Shown: positions 1 through 16,366 of the stretch, in pieces
Layout of the letters: each line of letters opens with the position of its first letter
How positions within the stretch are numbered: position 1 is the stretch's first letter
DNA from: Escherichia coli
GTDB lineage: Bacteria > Pseudomonadota > Gammaproteobacteria > Enterobacterales > Enterobacteriaceae
NCBI RefSeq assembly: GCF_002854065.1
Contig: NZ_CP024147.1
Strand: one strand, 5' to 3'
DNA: 64,000 bases
Program-made: the position numbers and the translations under genes
The notes under the pieces: model-generated
What the model was told of the DNA's origin: nothing
Seen by the model: only the letters and a program-made list of their open reading frames with translations
Database searches by the model: none

Positions 1-81
1 GTATCCGTTGCTGAATCTGGCATATGTGGGAGTATAAGACGCGCAGCGTCGCATCAGGCATTTTTTTCTGCGCCAACGCAA

Positions 82-108
82 AAAGACCATCCGTCAGGAT
101 GGCCTTTC
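82..108 (-). terminator. rrn operon terminator hairpin downstream of 5S rRNA
   Basis: GC-rich dyad (ccatcc/ggatgg arms) flanked by A-run and T-run just past the 5S 3-prime end on the minus strand. Confidence 0.5.
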
Positions 109-118
109 GCTTTATTTG

Positions 119-238
119 ATGCCTGGCAGTTCCCTACTCTCGCATGGGGAGACCCCACACTACCATCGGCGCTACGGCGTTTCACTTCTGAGTTCGGCAT
201 GGGGTCAGGTGGGACCACCGCGCTACGGCCGCCAGGCA
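119..238 (-). rRNA. rrfG: 5S ribosomal RNA
   Basis: Reverse complement matches the E. coli 5S sequence as I recall it (tgcctggcggc...ctgccaggcat), 120 nt. Confidence 0.95.
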
Positions 239-330
239 AATTCTGTTTTATCAGACCGCTTCTGCGTTCTGATTTAATCTGTATCAGGCTGAAAATCTTC
301 TCTCATCCGCCAAAACAGCTTCGGCGTTGT

Positions 331-3233
<2,903 letters not shown>

Positions 3234-3426
3234 TCACAACCCGAAGATGTTTCTTGCGACTCATCATCGTGTTGCGAAAATTTGAGAGACTCACGAACAA
3301 CTTTCGTTGTTCAGTGTTTCAATTTTCAGCTTGATCCAGATTTTTAAAGAGCAAATATCTCAAACATCACCCGAAGATGAGTTTTGAGATATTAAGGTCG
3401 GCGACTTTCACTCACAAACCAGCAAG

Positions 3427-3502
3427 TGGCGTCCCCTAGGGGATTCGAACCCCTGTTACCGCCGTGAAAGGGCGGTGTCCTGGGCCTCTAGACGAAGGGG
3501 AC
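3427..3502 (-). tRNA. gltW: tRNA-Glu in the 16S-23S spacer
   Basis: Reverse complement gtccccttcgtctagaggcccaggacaccgccctttcacggcggtaacaggggttcgaatcccctaggggacgcca; position in spacer of the clpB-proximal rrn operon. Confidence 0.95.
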
Positions 3503-3587
3503 GTATCAGTCTGCTTCGCAAGACGCCTTGCTTTTCACTTTCTATCAGACAATCTGTGTGAGCACTGCAAAGAACGCTTCTTTAAGG

Positions 3588-5129
<1,542 letters not shown>

Positions 5130-5253
5130 AAAAGTTTGATGCTCAAAGAATTAAACTTCGTAATGAATTACGTGTTCACTCTTGAGACTTGGTATTCATT
5201 TTTCGTCTTGCGACGTTAAGAATCCGTATCTTCGAGTGCCCACACAGATTGTC

Positions 5254-5273
5254 TGATAAATTGTTAAAGAGCA
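5254..5273 (-). promoter_or_regulatory. rrn leader boxA antitermination element
   Basis: Reverse complement tgctctttaacaatttatca in the leader between P2 and the 16S 5-prime end. Confidence 0.7.
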
Positions 5274-5310
5274 GTGCCGCTTCGCTTTTTCTCAGCGGCG
5301 CGGGGTATGC

Positions 5311-5338
5311 ATAATACGCTTTCCCGCCACAGAGTCAA
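5311..5338 (-). promoter_or_regulatory. rrn P2 promoter
   Basis: Reverse complement gives -35 TTGACT and -10 TATTAT with 16-bp spacer. Confidence 0.7.
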
Positions 5339-5429
5339 GCATTTATTTTTGCTTTCTCTACCGGAATTCTCAGGAGAACCCCGCTGACCCGGCGGCGTGT
5401 TTGCCGTTGTTCCGTGTCAGTGGTGGCGC

Positions 5430-5480
5430 ATTATAGGGAGTTATTCCGGCCTGACAAGCGAAAAATATAAAAACTTTATC
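5430..5480 (-). promoter_or_regulatory. rrn P1 promoter with GC-rich discriminator and AT-rich UP element
   Basis: Reverse complement TTGTCAggccggaataactcccTATAATgcgccaccactg; A/T-rich block immediately upstream. Confidence 0.8.
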
Positions 5481-5541
5481 GTTCGCTCACTTTTCAGGCA
5501 AAACATCTTAAATATAGTCTTTTCCGTCTAACTTATAGACA

Positions 5542-5567
5542 AAAACGAGCCCCGAAGGGCTCGTTTT
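5542..5567 (-). terminator. clpB intrinsic terminator
   Basis: Hairpin aacgagccc-gaa-gggctcgtt followed by T-run on the minus-strand transcript, directly after clpB stop. Confidence 0.6.
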
Positions 5568-5572
5568 ATCAT

Positions 5573-8146
5573 TTACTGGACGGCGACAATCCGGTCTTCA
5601 TTAACTTCCAGGCGAATCACTTTACCCGGAACCAATTCACCAGACAGTATTTGCTGTGCCAACGGGTTTTCGATCTGCTGCTGGATAGCACGTTTCAAAG
5701 GACGTGCACCATAGACTGGATCGTAACCGTTCTCGCTCAGCAGTTTCAGCGCCTCGTCAGAAATGTGGATTTCATAACCACGTTCTTCCAGACGTTTGTA
5801 CAGACGTTTCAACTGAATCTGCGCAATCGAGGCAATGTGCTGTTCGCCCAGCGGATGGAAGACCACCACTTCATCGATACGGTTAATGAACTCCGGACGG
5901 AAGTTATGGCTTACCACACCGAGCACCAGTTCTTTCATATGCGCATAATCCAGTTCACCGAAGCGTTCCTGAATCAAATCGGAACCGAGGTTAGAGGTCA
6001 TAATGACAACCGTATTACGGAAGTCGACCGTTCTCCCCTGCCCGTCAGTCAGACGCCCATCATCCAGTACCTGCAACAGAATGTTGAAGACATCCGGATG
6101 CGCTTTTTCCACTTCATCCAGCAGGATAACGGAATACGGACGACGACGCACAGCTTCGGTCAGGTAGCCACCTTCTTCATAACCAACATATCCCGGAGGC
6201 GCACCAACCAGACGAGACACCGAGTGTTTCTCCATAAACTCGGACATATCGATACGGACCATCGCCTCGTCGCTATCAAACATAAAGTTCGCCAGCGCCT
6301 TACAAAGCTCAGTTTTCCCCACACCAGTTGGGCCGAGGAACAGGAATGAACCAATCGGGCGATTTGGATCCGCCAGCCCCGCACGGCTACGACGAATAGC
6401 GTTAGATACCGCATCAACCGCTTCGTTCTGACCAATAACGCGATGGTGCAGTTCTTGCTCCATACGCAGCAGTTTTTCGCGCTCGCTTTCCATCATGCGA
6501 GAAACCGGAATCCCCGTCCAACGCGCCAGCACTTCAGCAATTTCGGCGTCGGTCACTTTATTACGCAACAGACGCATAGTTTTGCCTTCGAGCTGCGTTG
6601 CGGCTTCCAGTTGCTTTTCCAGCTCCGGGATTTTGCCGTATTGCAGTTCAGACATCCGCGCCAGGTCACCCACACGGCGAGCCTGTTCAATAGCGATTTT
6701 CGCCTGTTCCAGTTCCGCTTTAATGGTCTGCGTACCAGAAAGCGATGCTTTCTCTGCTTTCCACTCTTCTTCTAACTCGGAGTACTGACGTTCTTTGTCG
6801 CTCAGTTCTTCGTTGAGCATATCCAGACGTTTTTTACTGGCTTCATCAGACTCTTTCATTAACGCCTGTTGTTCCAGTTTGAGCTGGATGATACGGCGAT
6901 CGAGTCGGTCGAGTTCTTCTGGTTTTGAGTCAATCTGCATACGAATGCTGGATGCTGCTTCATCGATCAGGTCGATGGCTTTATCCGGCAGCTGACGGTC
7001 AGCAATGTAGCGATGAGACAACGTCGCCGCTGCAACAATTGCCGGGTCAGTAATTTGCACATGGTGGTGCAATTCGTAACGTTCTTTCAGGCCACGTAGA
7101 ATCGCAATGGTATCTTCAACAGAAGGCTCGGCAACAAACACTTTCTGGAAACGACGTTCCAGCGCAGCATCTTTTTCGATGTACTGGCGATATTCGTCAA
7201 GCGTCGTGGCACCTACGCAGTGCAATTCACCACGCGCCAGCGCCGGTTTCAGCATGTTTCCGGCGTCCATTGCGCCATCGGCTTTACCCGCGCCGACCAT
7301 GGTATGTAATTCGTCGATAAACAGGATGACGTTGCCTTCCTGTTTGGCAAGATCGTTAAGCACGCCTTTTAAACGTTCTTCAAACTCACCGCGATATTTC
7401 GCCCCAGCCACCAGCGCGCCCATATCCAGCGCCAGTACGCGGCGGCCTTTCAACCCTTCCGGCACTTCGCCGTTGATAATACGCTGCGCCAGACCTTCAA
7501 CGATGGCAGTTTTACCGACGCCGGGTTCACCAATCAGTACCGGATTATTTTTAGTACGACGTTGCAGCACCTGAATGGTACGGCGAATTTCTTCATCACG
7601 ACCAATCACCGGATCGAGTTTGCCCTGTTCGGCTCGTTCGGTAAGGTCGATGGTATATTTTTTCAAAGCCTGACGTTGGTCTTCAGCACCTTGATCGTTC
7701 ACGCTTTCACCTCCACGCATTTGTTCAATCGCTTGAGTAATGTTGGCGGTGGTCGCCCCTGCTGCTTTCAGGATGTCGGCCAGCGTGCCGCGAGACTCAA
7801 GTGCCGCCAGAACGAACAGTTCTGACGAGATAAAGTTATCACCACGTTTTTGCGCCAGCTTGTCGCAAAGATTAAGAACGCGCACCAGATCCTGTGATGG
7901 CTGGACATCACCACCAGTACCTTCAACCTGCGGTAAACGATTTAATGCCTGATTGATATCTGTGCGCAACTGGCCAGCATTTATGCCAGCTGATGTTAAC
8001 AAAGGACTAACCGAACCCCCTTCCTGATTCAGCAGGGCGCTCATTAAATGAAGTGGTTCGATGAATTGGTTGTCGTGCCCGAGTGCAAGTGATTGGGCAT
8101 CGGCAAGAGCAAGCTGGAATTTATTAGTAAGACGATCCAGACGCAT
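5573..8146 (-). CDS. clpB: ClpB disaggregase (AAA+ chaperone, Hsp100)
   Basis: ORF track 861 aa; N-terminus from [18 protein letters not shown] onward, two Walker A motifs ([16 protein letters not shown]); start moved to the fifth in-frame Met (857 aa). Confidence 0.95.
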
Positions 8147-8184
8147 AACTCCTCCCATAACGGATCAAAGTTGCTACTGGAGAT

Positions 8185-8214
8185 TAAATGAGGTCATCCC
8201 TCAATTATTCAAGG
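8185..8214 (-). promoter_or_regulatory. sigma32 heat-shock promoter of clpB
   Basis: Reverse complement contains CCTTGAA ... CCTCATTTA, resembling the sigma32 consensus CTTGAAA / CCCCATnT. Confidence 0.55.
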
Positions 8215-8275
8215 TTATTGACCAGATTAATGTGAAAAGAAAATCACACGTACCGGATCGTCTTGATTCTTTAGG

Positions 8276-9007
8276 TTATATCAGCCAAATGAAACTTGCC
8301 ATACGCCCGGTGGTCTTGTCGCGACGATAAGAGAAGAAAGTCTCATTTTCCGTATATGTACAACGGTCGCCGCCGAAAATTTGTTCAACACCAACGCTCC
8401 CCAGACGCTGCCGGGCAAGCAGATAAATATCCGCCAGATACTTATCACCATGCTGAATGAAAGCTGTACTCGCTTTGGCGTCTGCTGCCATAAACGCCTC
8501 GCGAACCTCCGCCCCCACTTCGAACGCGCGTGGACCAATTGCCGGCCCTAACCAGGCGAGAATATTTTCCGGATTATCAGCAAAACAGGAAACTGTCTCT
8601 TCCAGCACGCCTGCGCGCAGTCCACGCCAGCCAGCATGAGCGGCGGCGACTTCCGTTCCCGCTCGATTGCAAAACAGCACAGGGAGGCAGTCGGCAGTCA
8701 TCACTGCGCAAACCGTGCCAGGCGTATTGCTATAAGAGGCATCTGCTCGTTTTGAGGCATAAGGTTCGCCAGTAAGCTTAAGCACATCTTTGCCGTGTAC
8801 CTGCTCAAGCCAGACCGGTTTAGAAGGCAAATTGCCCGCAGCAAAAAGTCGCTTGCGATTCTCCTCAACGTGATCCGGGTTATCGCCACAATGGGCACCG
8901 AGGTTGAGCGAGTCATACGGGGGCAAGCTCACGCCGCCGATACGAGTAGAGCTACAAGCCGCAACACCTTTTGGCAGCGGCCACTGCGGGACAATCAGCT
9001 TACTCAT
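8276..9007 (-). CDS. yfiH: YfiH/PgeF family purine nucleoside phosphorylase / peptidoglycan editing factor
   Basis: 243-aa ORF with K-12-like sequence; 4-nt overlap with rluD. Confidence 0.9.
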   Translation of the reverse strand: MSKLIVPQWPLPKGVAACSSTRIGGVSLPPYDSLNLGAHCGDNPDHVEENRKRLFAAGNLPSKPVWLEQVHGKDVLKLTGEPYASKRADASYSNTPGTVCAVMTADCLPVLFCNRAGTEVAAAHAGWRGLRAGVLEETVSCFADNPENILAWLGPAIGPRAFEVGAEVREAFMAADAKASTAFIQHGDKYLADIYLLARQRLGSVGVEQIFGGDRCTYTENETFFSYRRDKTTGRMASFIWLI

Positions 9008-9984
9008 AACCAGTCCACTTCATCCTTATGTTCTTCGAAATCGGCACGCATCGCCTCAATCAGCTCCACCATATCTTGTGGAATAGGCGCATGCCATTCC
9101 ATTTCGATGCCGGAGATCGGGTGATAAAGACGCAGCATGGTTGCATGAAGCGCCTGGCGGTCAAACTTACGCAGCGTGGAGATAAACGCTTCCGAAGCAC
9201 CTTTTGGCGGACGCGGACGGCCACCATAAACCGGATCGCCCACCAGCGGATGAGTGATATGGGCCATATGCACGCGGATCTGGTGCGTACGTCCAGTTTC
9301 CAGACGCAACCGCAGACGCGTGTGCACACGGAAGTGTTCCATGATGCGATAGTGAGTCACCGCTGGTTTGCCCATCGGATGCACCGCCATGTGAGTACGT
9401 TTGGTCGGGTGGCGACTGATTGGCTCATCCACCGTACCGCCAGCGGTCATATGACCAATCGCCACCGCTTCGTACTCACGAGTAATTTCACGCCTTTGCA
9501 AAGATTCGACTAAACGCGTCTGAGCCGGAACGGTTTTTGCCACAACCATCAGGCCAGTGGTGTCTTTATCCAGACGATGGACGATGCCCGCACGCGGTAC
9601 ATCGGCAATAGGCGGATAATAATGAAGCAACGCATTCAGTACCGTGCCATCCGGGTTACCCGCGCCAGGATGAACCACCAGGTCGCGCGGTTTATTAATG
9701 ACGATGATGTCTTCATCTTCATAGACGATATCCAGCGGGATATCCTGCGGTTCAAAACGCGCTTCTTCTTCAATCTCTGCGTTGATGGCAACCTGCTCGC
9801 CACCCAATACTTTTTCTTTCGGCTTATCACAAAGTTTGCCGTTAACCAGCACGCGCTGGTCGAGGATCCATTCTTTTATTCGCGAACGTGAATAATCCGG
9901 GAACATTTCGGCCAAAGCCTGATCTAAGCGTTGACCGAGTTGGTTTTCGGACACCGTTGCAGTGAGCTGTACTCGTTGTGCCAT
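9004..9984 (-). CDS. rluD: 23S rRNA pseudouridine synthase RluD
   Basis: 326-aa ORF, S4 domain N-terminus and pseudouridine synthase motif HRLDKDTTGLMVVAK. Confidence 0.95.
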   Translation of the reverse strand: MAQRVQLTATVSENQLGQRLDQALAEMFPDYSRSRIKEWILDQRVLVNGKLCDKPKEKVLGGEQVAINAEIEEEARFEPQDIPLDIVYEDEDIIVINKPRDLVVHPGAGNPDGTVLNALLHYYPPIADVPRAGIVHRLDKDTTGLMVVAKTVPAQTRLVESLQRREITREYEAVAIGHMTAGGTVDEPISRHPTKRTHMAVHPMGKPAVTHYRIMEHFRVHTRLRLRLETGRTHQIRVHMAHITHPLVGDPVYGGRPRPPKGASEAFISTLRKFDRQALHATMLRLYHPISGIEMEWHAPIPQDMVELIEAMRADFEEHKDEVDWL

Positions 9985-10118
9985 ATATACTGCTTCTTCG
10001 TTTATCGTTGGGGTTTTACGGCTTTGCCGTTTAATATAGTGTGCTATTGTAGCTGGTCTTAACCGGGAGCAGGAACAGAGAATCTCCCGTATTACATTTT
10101 GAGGAAAGTCAAAACGTC

Positions 10119-10856
10119 ATGACGCGCATGAAATATCTGGTGGCAGCCGCCACACTAAGCCTGTTTTTGGCGGGTTGCTCGGGGTCAAAGGAAGAAGTAC
10201 CTGATAATCCGCCAAATGAAATTTACGCGACTGCACAACAAAAGCTGCAGGACGGTAACTGGAGACAGGCAATAACGCAACTGGAAGCGTTAGATAATCG
10301 CTATCCGTTTGGTCCGTATTCGCAGCAGGTGCAGCTGGATCTCATCTATGCCTACTATAAAAACGCCGATTTGCCGTTAGCGCAGGCTGCCATCGATCGT
10401 TTTATTCGCCTTAACCCGACCCATCCGAATATCGATTATGTCATGTACATGCGTGGCCTGACCAATATGGCGCTGGATGACAGTGCGCTGCAAGGGTTCT
10501 TTGGCGTTGACCGTAGCGATCGCGATCCTCAACATGCACGAGCTGCGTTTAGTGACTTTTCCAAACTGGTGCGCGGCTATCCAAACAGTCAGTACACCAC
10601 CGATGCCACCAAACGTCTGGTATTCCTGAAAGATCGTCTGGCGAAATATGAATACTCCGTGGCCGAGTACTATACAGAACGTGGCGCATGGGTTGCCGTC
10701 GTTAACCGCGTAGAAGGCATGTTGCGCGACTACCCGGATACCCAGGCTACGCGTGATGCGCTGCCGCTGATGGAAAATGCATACCGTCAGATGCAGATGA
10801 ATGCGCAAGCTGAAAAAGTAGCGAAAATCATCGCCGCAAACAGCAGCAATACATAA
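10119..10856 (+). CDS. bamD: Outer membrane protein assembly factor BamD (lipoprotein, TPR)
   Basis: 245-aa ORF with lipobox LAGC; matches BamD/YfiO. Confidence 0.95.
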
Positions 10857-10873
10857 CAGAAACCTGAAACACA

Positions 10874-10903
10874 AAACGGCAGCCCTTGAGCTGCCGTTTT
10901 TTT
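10874..10903 (+). terminator. bamD intrinsic terminator
   Basis: cggcagc-ccttga-gctgccg hairpin followed by T7 run. Confidence 0.65.
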
Positions 10904-11072
10904 ATTCTGTTAGTTGTGAAACTGAAGCGATTTAGTCACTATCGATCTCATCAAATATGGCTCGCTTTGAGATATTCCTCAAGTAAAAAAACACCTCTTC
11001 CTGCGATTTCTCACAAAAAAGATTCGTTGACAAAAAGTGACAAAATTATGAGATTTCCATCACACATTTTGA

Positions 11073-11468
<396 letters not shown>

Positions 11469-11491
11469 TCCTTTATATTGAGTGTATCGCC

Positions 11492-11515
11492 AACGCGCCT
11501 TCGGGCGCGTTTTTT
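11492..11515 (+). terminator. raiA intrinsic terminator
   Basis: cgcgcc-ttcg-ggcgcg hairpin followed by T-run. Confidence 0.65.
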
Positions 11516-11571
11516 GTTGACAGCGTGAAAACAGTACGGGTACTGTACTAAAGTCACTTAAGGAAACAAAC

Positions 11572-11619
11572 ATGAAACACACACCGTTTTTCTTCGCATT
11601 CTTTTTTACCTTCCCCTGA
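11572..11619 (+). CDS. pheL: pheA leader peptide (Phe-rich attenuation peptide)
   Basis: atgaaacacacaccgtttttcttcgcattcttttttaccttcccctga encodes MKHTPFFFAFFFTFP; too short for the ORF track. Confidence 0.85.
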   Translation: MKHTPFFFAFFFTFP

Positions 11620-11665
11620 ATGGGAGGCGTTTCGTCGTGTGAAACAGAATGCGAAGACGAACAAT

Positions 11666-11697
11666 AAGGCCTCCCAAATCGGGGGGCCTTTTTTATT
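11666..11697 (+). terminator. pheA attenuator terminator
   Basis: aaggcctccc-aaatc-ggggggcctt hairpin followed by T6, between pheL and pheA. Confidence 0.8.
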
Positions 11698-11717
11698 GAT
11701 AACAAAAAGGCAACACT

Positions 11718-12878
11718 ATGACATCGGAAAACCCGTTACTGGCGCTGCGAGAGAAAATCAGCGCGCTGGATGAAAAATTATTAGCATTACTCGCAGAGCG
11801 GCGCGAACTGGCCGTCGAGGTGGGAAAAGCCAAACTGCTCTCGCATCGCCCGGTACGTGATATTGATCGTGAACGCGATTTACTGGAAAGATTAATTACG
11901 CTCGGTAAAGCGCACCATCTGGACGCCCATTACATTACTCGCCTGTTCCAGCTCATCATTGAAGATTCCGTATTAACTCAGCAGGCTTTGCTCCAGCAAC
12001 ATCTCAATAAAATTAATCCGCACTCAGCACGCATCGCTTTTCTCGGCCCCAAAGGTTCTTATTCCCATCTTGCGGCGCGCCAGTATGCTGCCCGTCACTT
12101 TGAGCAATTCATTGAAAGTGGCTGCGCCAAATTTGCCGATATTTTTAATCAGGTGGAAACCGGCCAGGCCGACTATGCCGTCGTACCGATTGAAAATACC
12201 AGCTCCGGTGCCATAAACGACGTTTACGATCTGCTGCAACATACCAGCTTGTCGATTGTTGGCGAGATGACGTTAACTATCGACCATTGTTTGTTAGTCT
12301 CCGGCACGACTGATTTATCCACCATCAATACGGTCTACAGCCATCCGCAGCCATTCCAGCAATGCAGCAAATTCCTTAATCGTTATCCGCACTGGAAGAT
12401 TGAATATACCGAAAGTACGTCTGCGGCAATGGAAAAGGTTGCACAGGCAAAATCACCGCATGTTGCTGCGTTGGGAAGCGAAGCTGGCGGCACTTTGTAC
12501 GGTTTGCAGGTACTGGAGCGGATTGAAGCGAATCAGCGACAAAACTTCACCCGATTTGTGGTGTTGGCGCGTAAAGCCATTAACGTGTCTGATCAGGTTC
12601 CGGCGAAAACGACGTTGTTAATGGCGACCGGGCAACAAGCCGGTGCGCTGGTTGAAGCGTTGCTGGTACTGCGCAACCACAATCTGATTATGACCCGTCT
12701 GGAATCACGCCCGATTCACGGTAATCCATGGGAAGAGATGTTTTATCTGGATATTCAGGCCAATCTTGAATCAGCGGAAATGCAAAAAGCATTGAAAGAG
12801 TTAGGGGAAATCACCCGTTCAATGAAGGTATTGGGCTGTTACCCAAGTGAGAACGTAGTGCCTGTTGATCCAACCTGA
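11718..12878 (+). CDS. pheA: Bifunctional chorismate mutase / prephenate dehydratase
   Basis: 386-aa [42 protein letters not shown]... Confidence 0.95.
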
Positions 12879-12885
12879 TGAAAAG

Positions 12886-12913
12886 GTGCCGGATGATGTG
12901 AATCATCCGGCAC
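12886..12913. terminator. Hairpin between convergent pheA and tyrA
   Basis: gtgccggatgat-gtgaa-tcatccggcac dyad in the 42-bp gap between the two stop codons. Confidence 0.55.
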
Positions 12914-12920
12914 TGGATTA

Positions 12921-14042
12921 TTACTGGCGATTGTCATTCGCCTGACGCAATAACACGCGGCTTTCACTCTGAAAACGCTGTGCGTAATCGCCGAACCAGT
13001 GCTCCACCTTGCGGAAACTGTCAATAAACGCCTGCTTATCGCCCTGCTCCAGCAACTCAATCGCCTCGCCGAAACGCTTATAGTAACGTTTGATTAACGC
13101 CAGATTACGCTCTGACGACATAATGATGTCGGCATAAAGCTGCGGATCCTGAGCAAACAGTCGCCCGACCATCGCCAGCTCAAGGCGGTAAATCGGCGAA
13201 GAGAGCGCCAGAAGTTGCTCAAGCTGAACATTTTCTTCTGCCAGGTGCAGCCCGTAAGCAAAAGTAGCAAAGTGGCGCAGAGCCTGAATAAACGCCATAT
13301 TCTGATCGTGCTCGACAGCGCTAATACGATGCAACCGAGCGCCCCAGACCTGAATTTGCTCCAGAAACCATTGGTATGCTTCCGGCTTACGTCCATCACA
13401 CCAGACCACAACTTGCTTTGCCAGGCTACCGCTGTCCGGGCCGAACATCGGGTGCAACCCCAGTACCGGGCCATCGTGCGCCGCCAGCATGGCCTGTAAC
13501 GGTCCATTTTTCACTGATGCCAGATCAACCAGAATACAATCTTTCGGTAAAGGCGGTAATTTGCCGATAACTTGCTCAGTAACGTGGATTGGCACACTAA
13601 CAATCACCATTCCGGCATCGGCAACAATATCAGCCGCTCGATCCCAGTCATGTTGCTCCAGAATCCGCACCTGATAACCCGAGAGTGTCAGCATCTTCTC
13701 GAACAGACGTCCCATCTGACCGCCGCCGCCAACGATAACTACCGGGCGTAACGCAGGACAAAGCGTTTTAAATCCTTTGTCGTTTTCACTGGAGTAAGAT
13801 TCACGCATCACCCGACGCAAAACATCCTCAATCAGATCTGGCGGTACACCCAGAGCTTCCGCCTCTGCACGACGCGAGGCCAACATAGATGCCTCTCGCT
13901 CCGGAACATAAATAGGCAGTCCAAAGCGGCTTTTCACCTCTCCCACTTCAGCAACCAGTTCCAGACGCTTCGCTAATAAATTCAGCAGCGCTTTATCGAC
14001 TTCATCAATTTGATCGCGTAATGCGGTCAATTCAGCAACCAT
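12921..14042 (-). CDS. tyrA: Bifunctional chorismate mutase / prephenate dehydrogenase
   Basis: 373-aa [40 protein letters not shown]... Confidence 0.95.
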   Translation of the reverse strand: MVAELTALRDQIDEVDKALLNLLAKRLELVAEVGEVKSRFGLPIYVPEREASMLASRRAEAEALGVPPDLIEDVLRRVMRESYSSENDKGFKTLCPALRPVVIVGGGGQMGRLFEKMLTLSGYQVRILEQHDWDRAADIVADAGMVIVSVPIHVTEQVIGKLPPLPKDCILVDLASVKNGPLQAMLAAHDGPVLGLHPMFGPDSGSLAKQVVVWCDGRKPEAYQWFLEQIQVWGARLHRISAVEHDQNMAFIQALRHFATFAYGLHLAEENVQLEQLLALSSPIYRLELAMVGRLFAQDPQLYADIIMSSERNLALIKRYYKRFGEAIELLEQGDKQAFIDSFRKVEHWFGDYAQRFQSESRVLLRQANDNRQ

Positions 14043-14052
14043 AATAAACCTC

Positions 14053-15123
14053 TTAAGCCACGCGAGCCGTCAGCTGCCCGTTCAGATCCTGATGAATTTC
14101 ACGCAGCAAGGCATCGGTCATTTCCCAGCTAATGCAGGCATCGGTTACGGATACACCGTATTTCATTTCACTGCGCGGTTGCTCGGAAGACTGATTGCCC
14201 TCGTGGATATTACTTTCGATCATCAGACCAATAATTGAGCGATTGCCATCTTTGATTTGAGCAACCACGGATTCTGCCACCGCAGGCTGACGGCGATAAT
14301 CTTTATTGGAATTACCGTGGCTGCAATCTACCATCAGAGACGGGCGCAGTCCCGCCTGTTCCATCTCTTTTTCACATTGCGCAACATCCGCAGGGCTATA
14401 GTTCGGCGCTTTACCACCGCGCAGGATGACATGCCCGTCCGGATTCCCCTGAGTTTGTAGCAACGCAACCTGCCCTGCCTGGTTAATGCCAACAAAACGG
14501 TGCGGCTGGGCGGCGGCGCGCATAGCGTTAATTGCTGTTGCCAGACTGCCGTCGGTGCCGTTTTTAAAACCAACCGGCATGGAAAGCCCGGAGGCCATTT
14601 CACGGTGAGTTTGCGATTCCGTTGTACGAGCACCAATTGCTGACCAGCTAAACAGATCGCCCAGGTATTGCGGGCTATTCGGATCTAACGCTTCCGTCGC
14701 CAGTGGCAGTCCCATATTCACCAGCTCAAGCAGCAATTTACGCGCGATCTGCAGACCGGCTTCTACATCAAAAGAGCCATCCATATGGGGATCGTTAATT
14801 AACCCTTTCCAGCCGACAGTGGTACGGGGTTTTTCAAAATAGACGCGCATTACCAGATAGAGGCTATCGCTGACCTCTGCGGCAAGGGCTTTAAATCGAC
14901 GAGCATATTCCAGAGCAGTTTCCGGATCATGAATGGAACAAGGACCACATACTACCAGCAGACGAGGATCGCGCCCGGCGATAATATCTGAAATGGTTTT
15001 ACGCGAGTCAGCAATCTGGGCTTCTTGTTGCAGGCTTAATGGAAAAGCGGCCTTCAGTTGTGCCGGAGTCATTAAAACCTGTTCGTCGGTAATATGTACG
15101 TTATTCAGCGCGTCTTTTTGCAT
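14053..15123 (-). CDS. aroF: Tyr-sensitive DAHP synthase
   Basis: ORF track 379 aa; start moved to [30 protein letters not shown] (356 aa). Confidence 0.93.
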   Translation of the reverse strand: MQKDALNNVHITDEQVLMTPAQLKAAFPLSLQQEAQIADSRKTISDIIAGRDPRLLVVCGPCSIHDPETALEYARRFKALAAEVSDSLYLVMRVYFEKPRTTVGWKGLINDPHMDGSFDVEAGLQIARKLLLELVNMGLPLATEALDPNSPQYLGDLFSWSAIGARTTESQTHREMASGLSMPVGFKNGTDGSLATAINAMRAAAQPHRFVGINQAGQVALLQTQGNPDGHVILRGGKAPNYSPADVAQCEKEMEQAGLRPSLMVDCSHGNSNKDYRRQPAVAESVVAQIKDGNRSIIGLMIESNIHEGNQSSEQPRSEMKYGVSVTDACISWEMTDALLREIHQDLNGQLTARVA

Positions 15124-15217
15124 GATGGCGATCCTGTTTATGCTCGTTTGCGATAGTTGATCCTCAGTGAGGATGACGTAACGATAACACATAAAGTAAA
15201 GTTTTCAATCCATATTT

Positions 15218-15235
15218 CGTACATTTTTCTTTACA
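15218..15235 (-). promoter_or_regulatory. TyrR box upstream of aroF
   Basis: cgtacatttttctttaca fits the TGTAAA-N6-TTTACA TyrR consensus pattern. Confidence 0.55.
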
Positions 15236-15269
15236 TAATCAATTTATTCGCGCTTTCAACCCTTGATTC

Positions 15270-15287
15270 TGTATAGATAAATTTACA
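15270..15287 (-). promoter_or_regulatory. TyrR box upstream of aroF
   Basis: tgtatagataaatttaca fits the TGTAAA-N6-TTTACA pattern. Confidence 0.55.
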
Positions 15288-15332
15288 CCACCTTTGAAAA
15301 CAATCCGCTATGCTTTGAAAAAGGAGAAAGAA

Positions 15333-15698
15333 ATGATGAAAAAGTTTATCGCCCCCTTGTTGGCTTTACTGGTTAGCGGATGCCAGATTGATCCTTATAC
15401 TCACGCGCCAACCTTGACCAGCACCGACTGGTATGATGTTGGTATGGAAGATGCGATATCGGGCAGCGCCATAAAAGATGACGATGCATTTAGCGATTCA
15501 CAGGCGGATCGCGGTCTATACCTTAAAGGATATGCCGAAGGACAAAAGAAAACTTGCCAGACCGATTTTACTTATGCCCGAGGACTTTCCGGTAAAAGCT
15601 TTCCTGCCAGCTGCAACAATGTTGAAAATGCCAGCCAACTGCATGAAGTATGGCAAAAAGGGGCTGATGAAAATGCCAGCACAATACGATTAAATTAA
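15333..15698 (+). CDS. yfiL: Small lipoprotein YfiL
   Basis: Start moved to MMKKFIAPLLALLVSGC (lipobox) preceded by AAGGAG; ORF track start is an upstream TTG. Confidence 0.8.
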   Translation: MMKKFIAPLLALLVSGCQIDPYTHAPTLTSTDWYDVGMEDAISGSAIKDDDAFSDSQADRGLYLKGYAEGQKKTCQTDFTYARGLSGKSFPASCNNVENASQLHEVWQKGADENASTIRLN

Positions 15699-15847
15699 TT
15701 AAAATCCCACAAATAAATTAAACATAAGATTTTACTCATTATGTTTTATTTCTCACAATGATGACGACCGCATGAAATAATGATATTTTAATGAGCATTC
15801 TGAAAAAATATCGATGCATTTCGAGCGAAGATGGTGGGGATCCCTGA

Positions 15848-16366
15848 ATGCGTTTTTCTCACCGACTGTTCTTACTTCTGATTCTCCTGCTGACGGGAGC
15901 ACCAATACTCGCTCAGGAGCCTTCTGACGTTGCGAAAAACGTGCGTATGATGGTTTCCGGTATTGTCAGTTACACCCGCTGGCCTGCGCTATCAGGGCCA
16001 CCAAAGTTATGTATCTTTTCATCTTCACGTTTTAGTACCGCCCTACAAGAGAATGCCGCGACATCTTTGCCTTATCTGCCTGTCATCATTCACACTCAAC
16101 AAGAGGCGATGATTTCAGGCTGCAATGGTTTTTATTTTGGCAACGAGTCACCGACATTCCAGATGGAATTAACCGAACAATATCCGTCAAAGGCGTTATT
16201 ATTAATTGCCGAACAAAATACCGAGTGCATTATTGGTAGCGCCTTTTGTCTGATCATCCACAATAATGACGTCAGATTTGCCGTAAACCTGGATGCCTTA
16301 TCGCGTAGCGGTGTAAAGGTCAACCCGGATGTCTTGATGCTCGCACGGAAGAAAAATGATGGATAA
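15848..16366 (+). CDS. yfiR: Periplasmic repressor of the DgcN diguanylate cyclase
   Basis: 172-aa ORF with signal peptide; first gene of the yfiR-dgcN-yfiB cluster. Confidence 0.9.

Noticed and set aside
1-60. REP-like sequence at the window start (gacgcgcagcgtcgcatcaggc)
   Set aside because: Probably part of a REP element downstream of the rrn terminator, but truncated by the window edge, so I did not call it.
5651-6349. 232-aa plus-strand ORF
   Set aside because: Antisense to clpB, a well-supported gene; typical shadow ORF.
8147-8275. Possible small RNA in the clpB-yfiH intergenic region
   Set aside because: I vaguely recall an sRNA near clpB but cannot place it from sequence; the region is adequately explained by the clpB heat-shock promoter.
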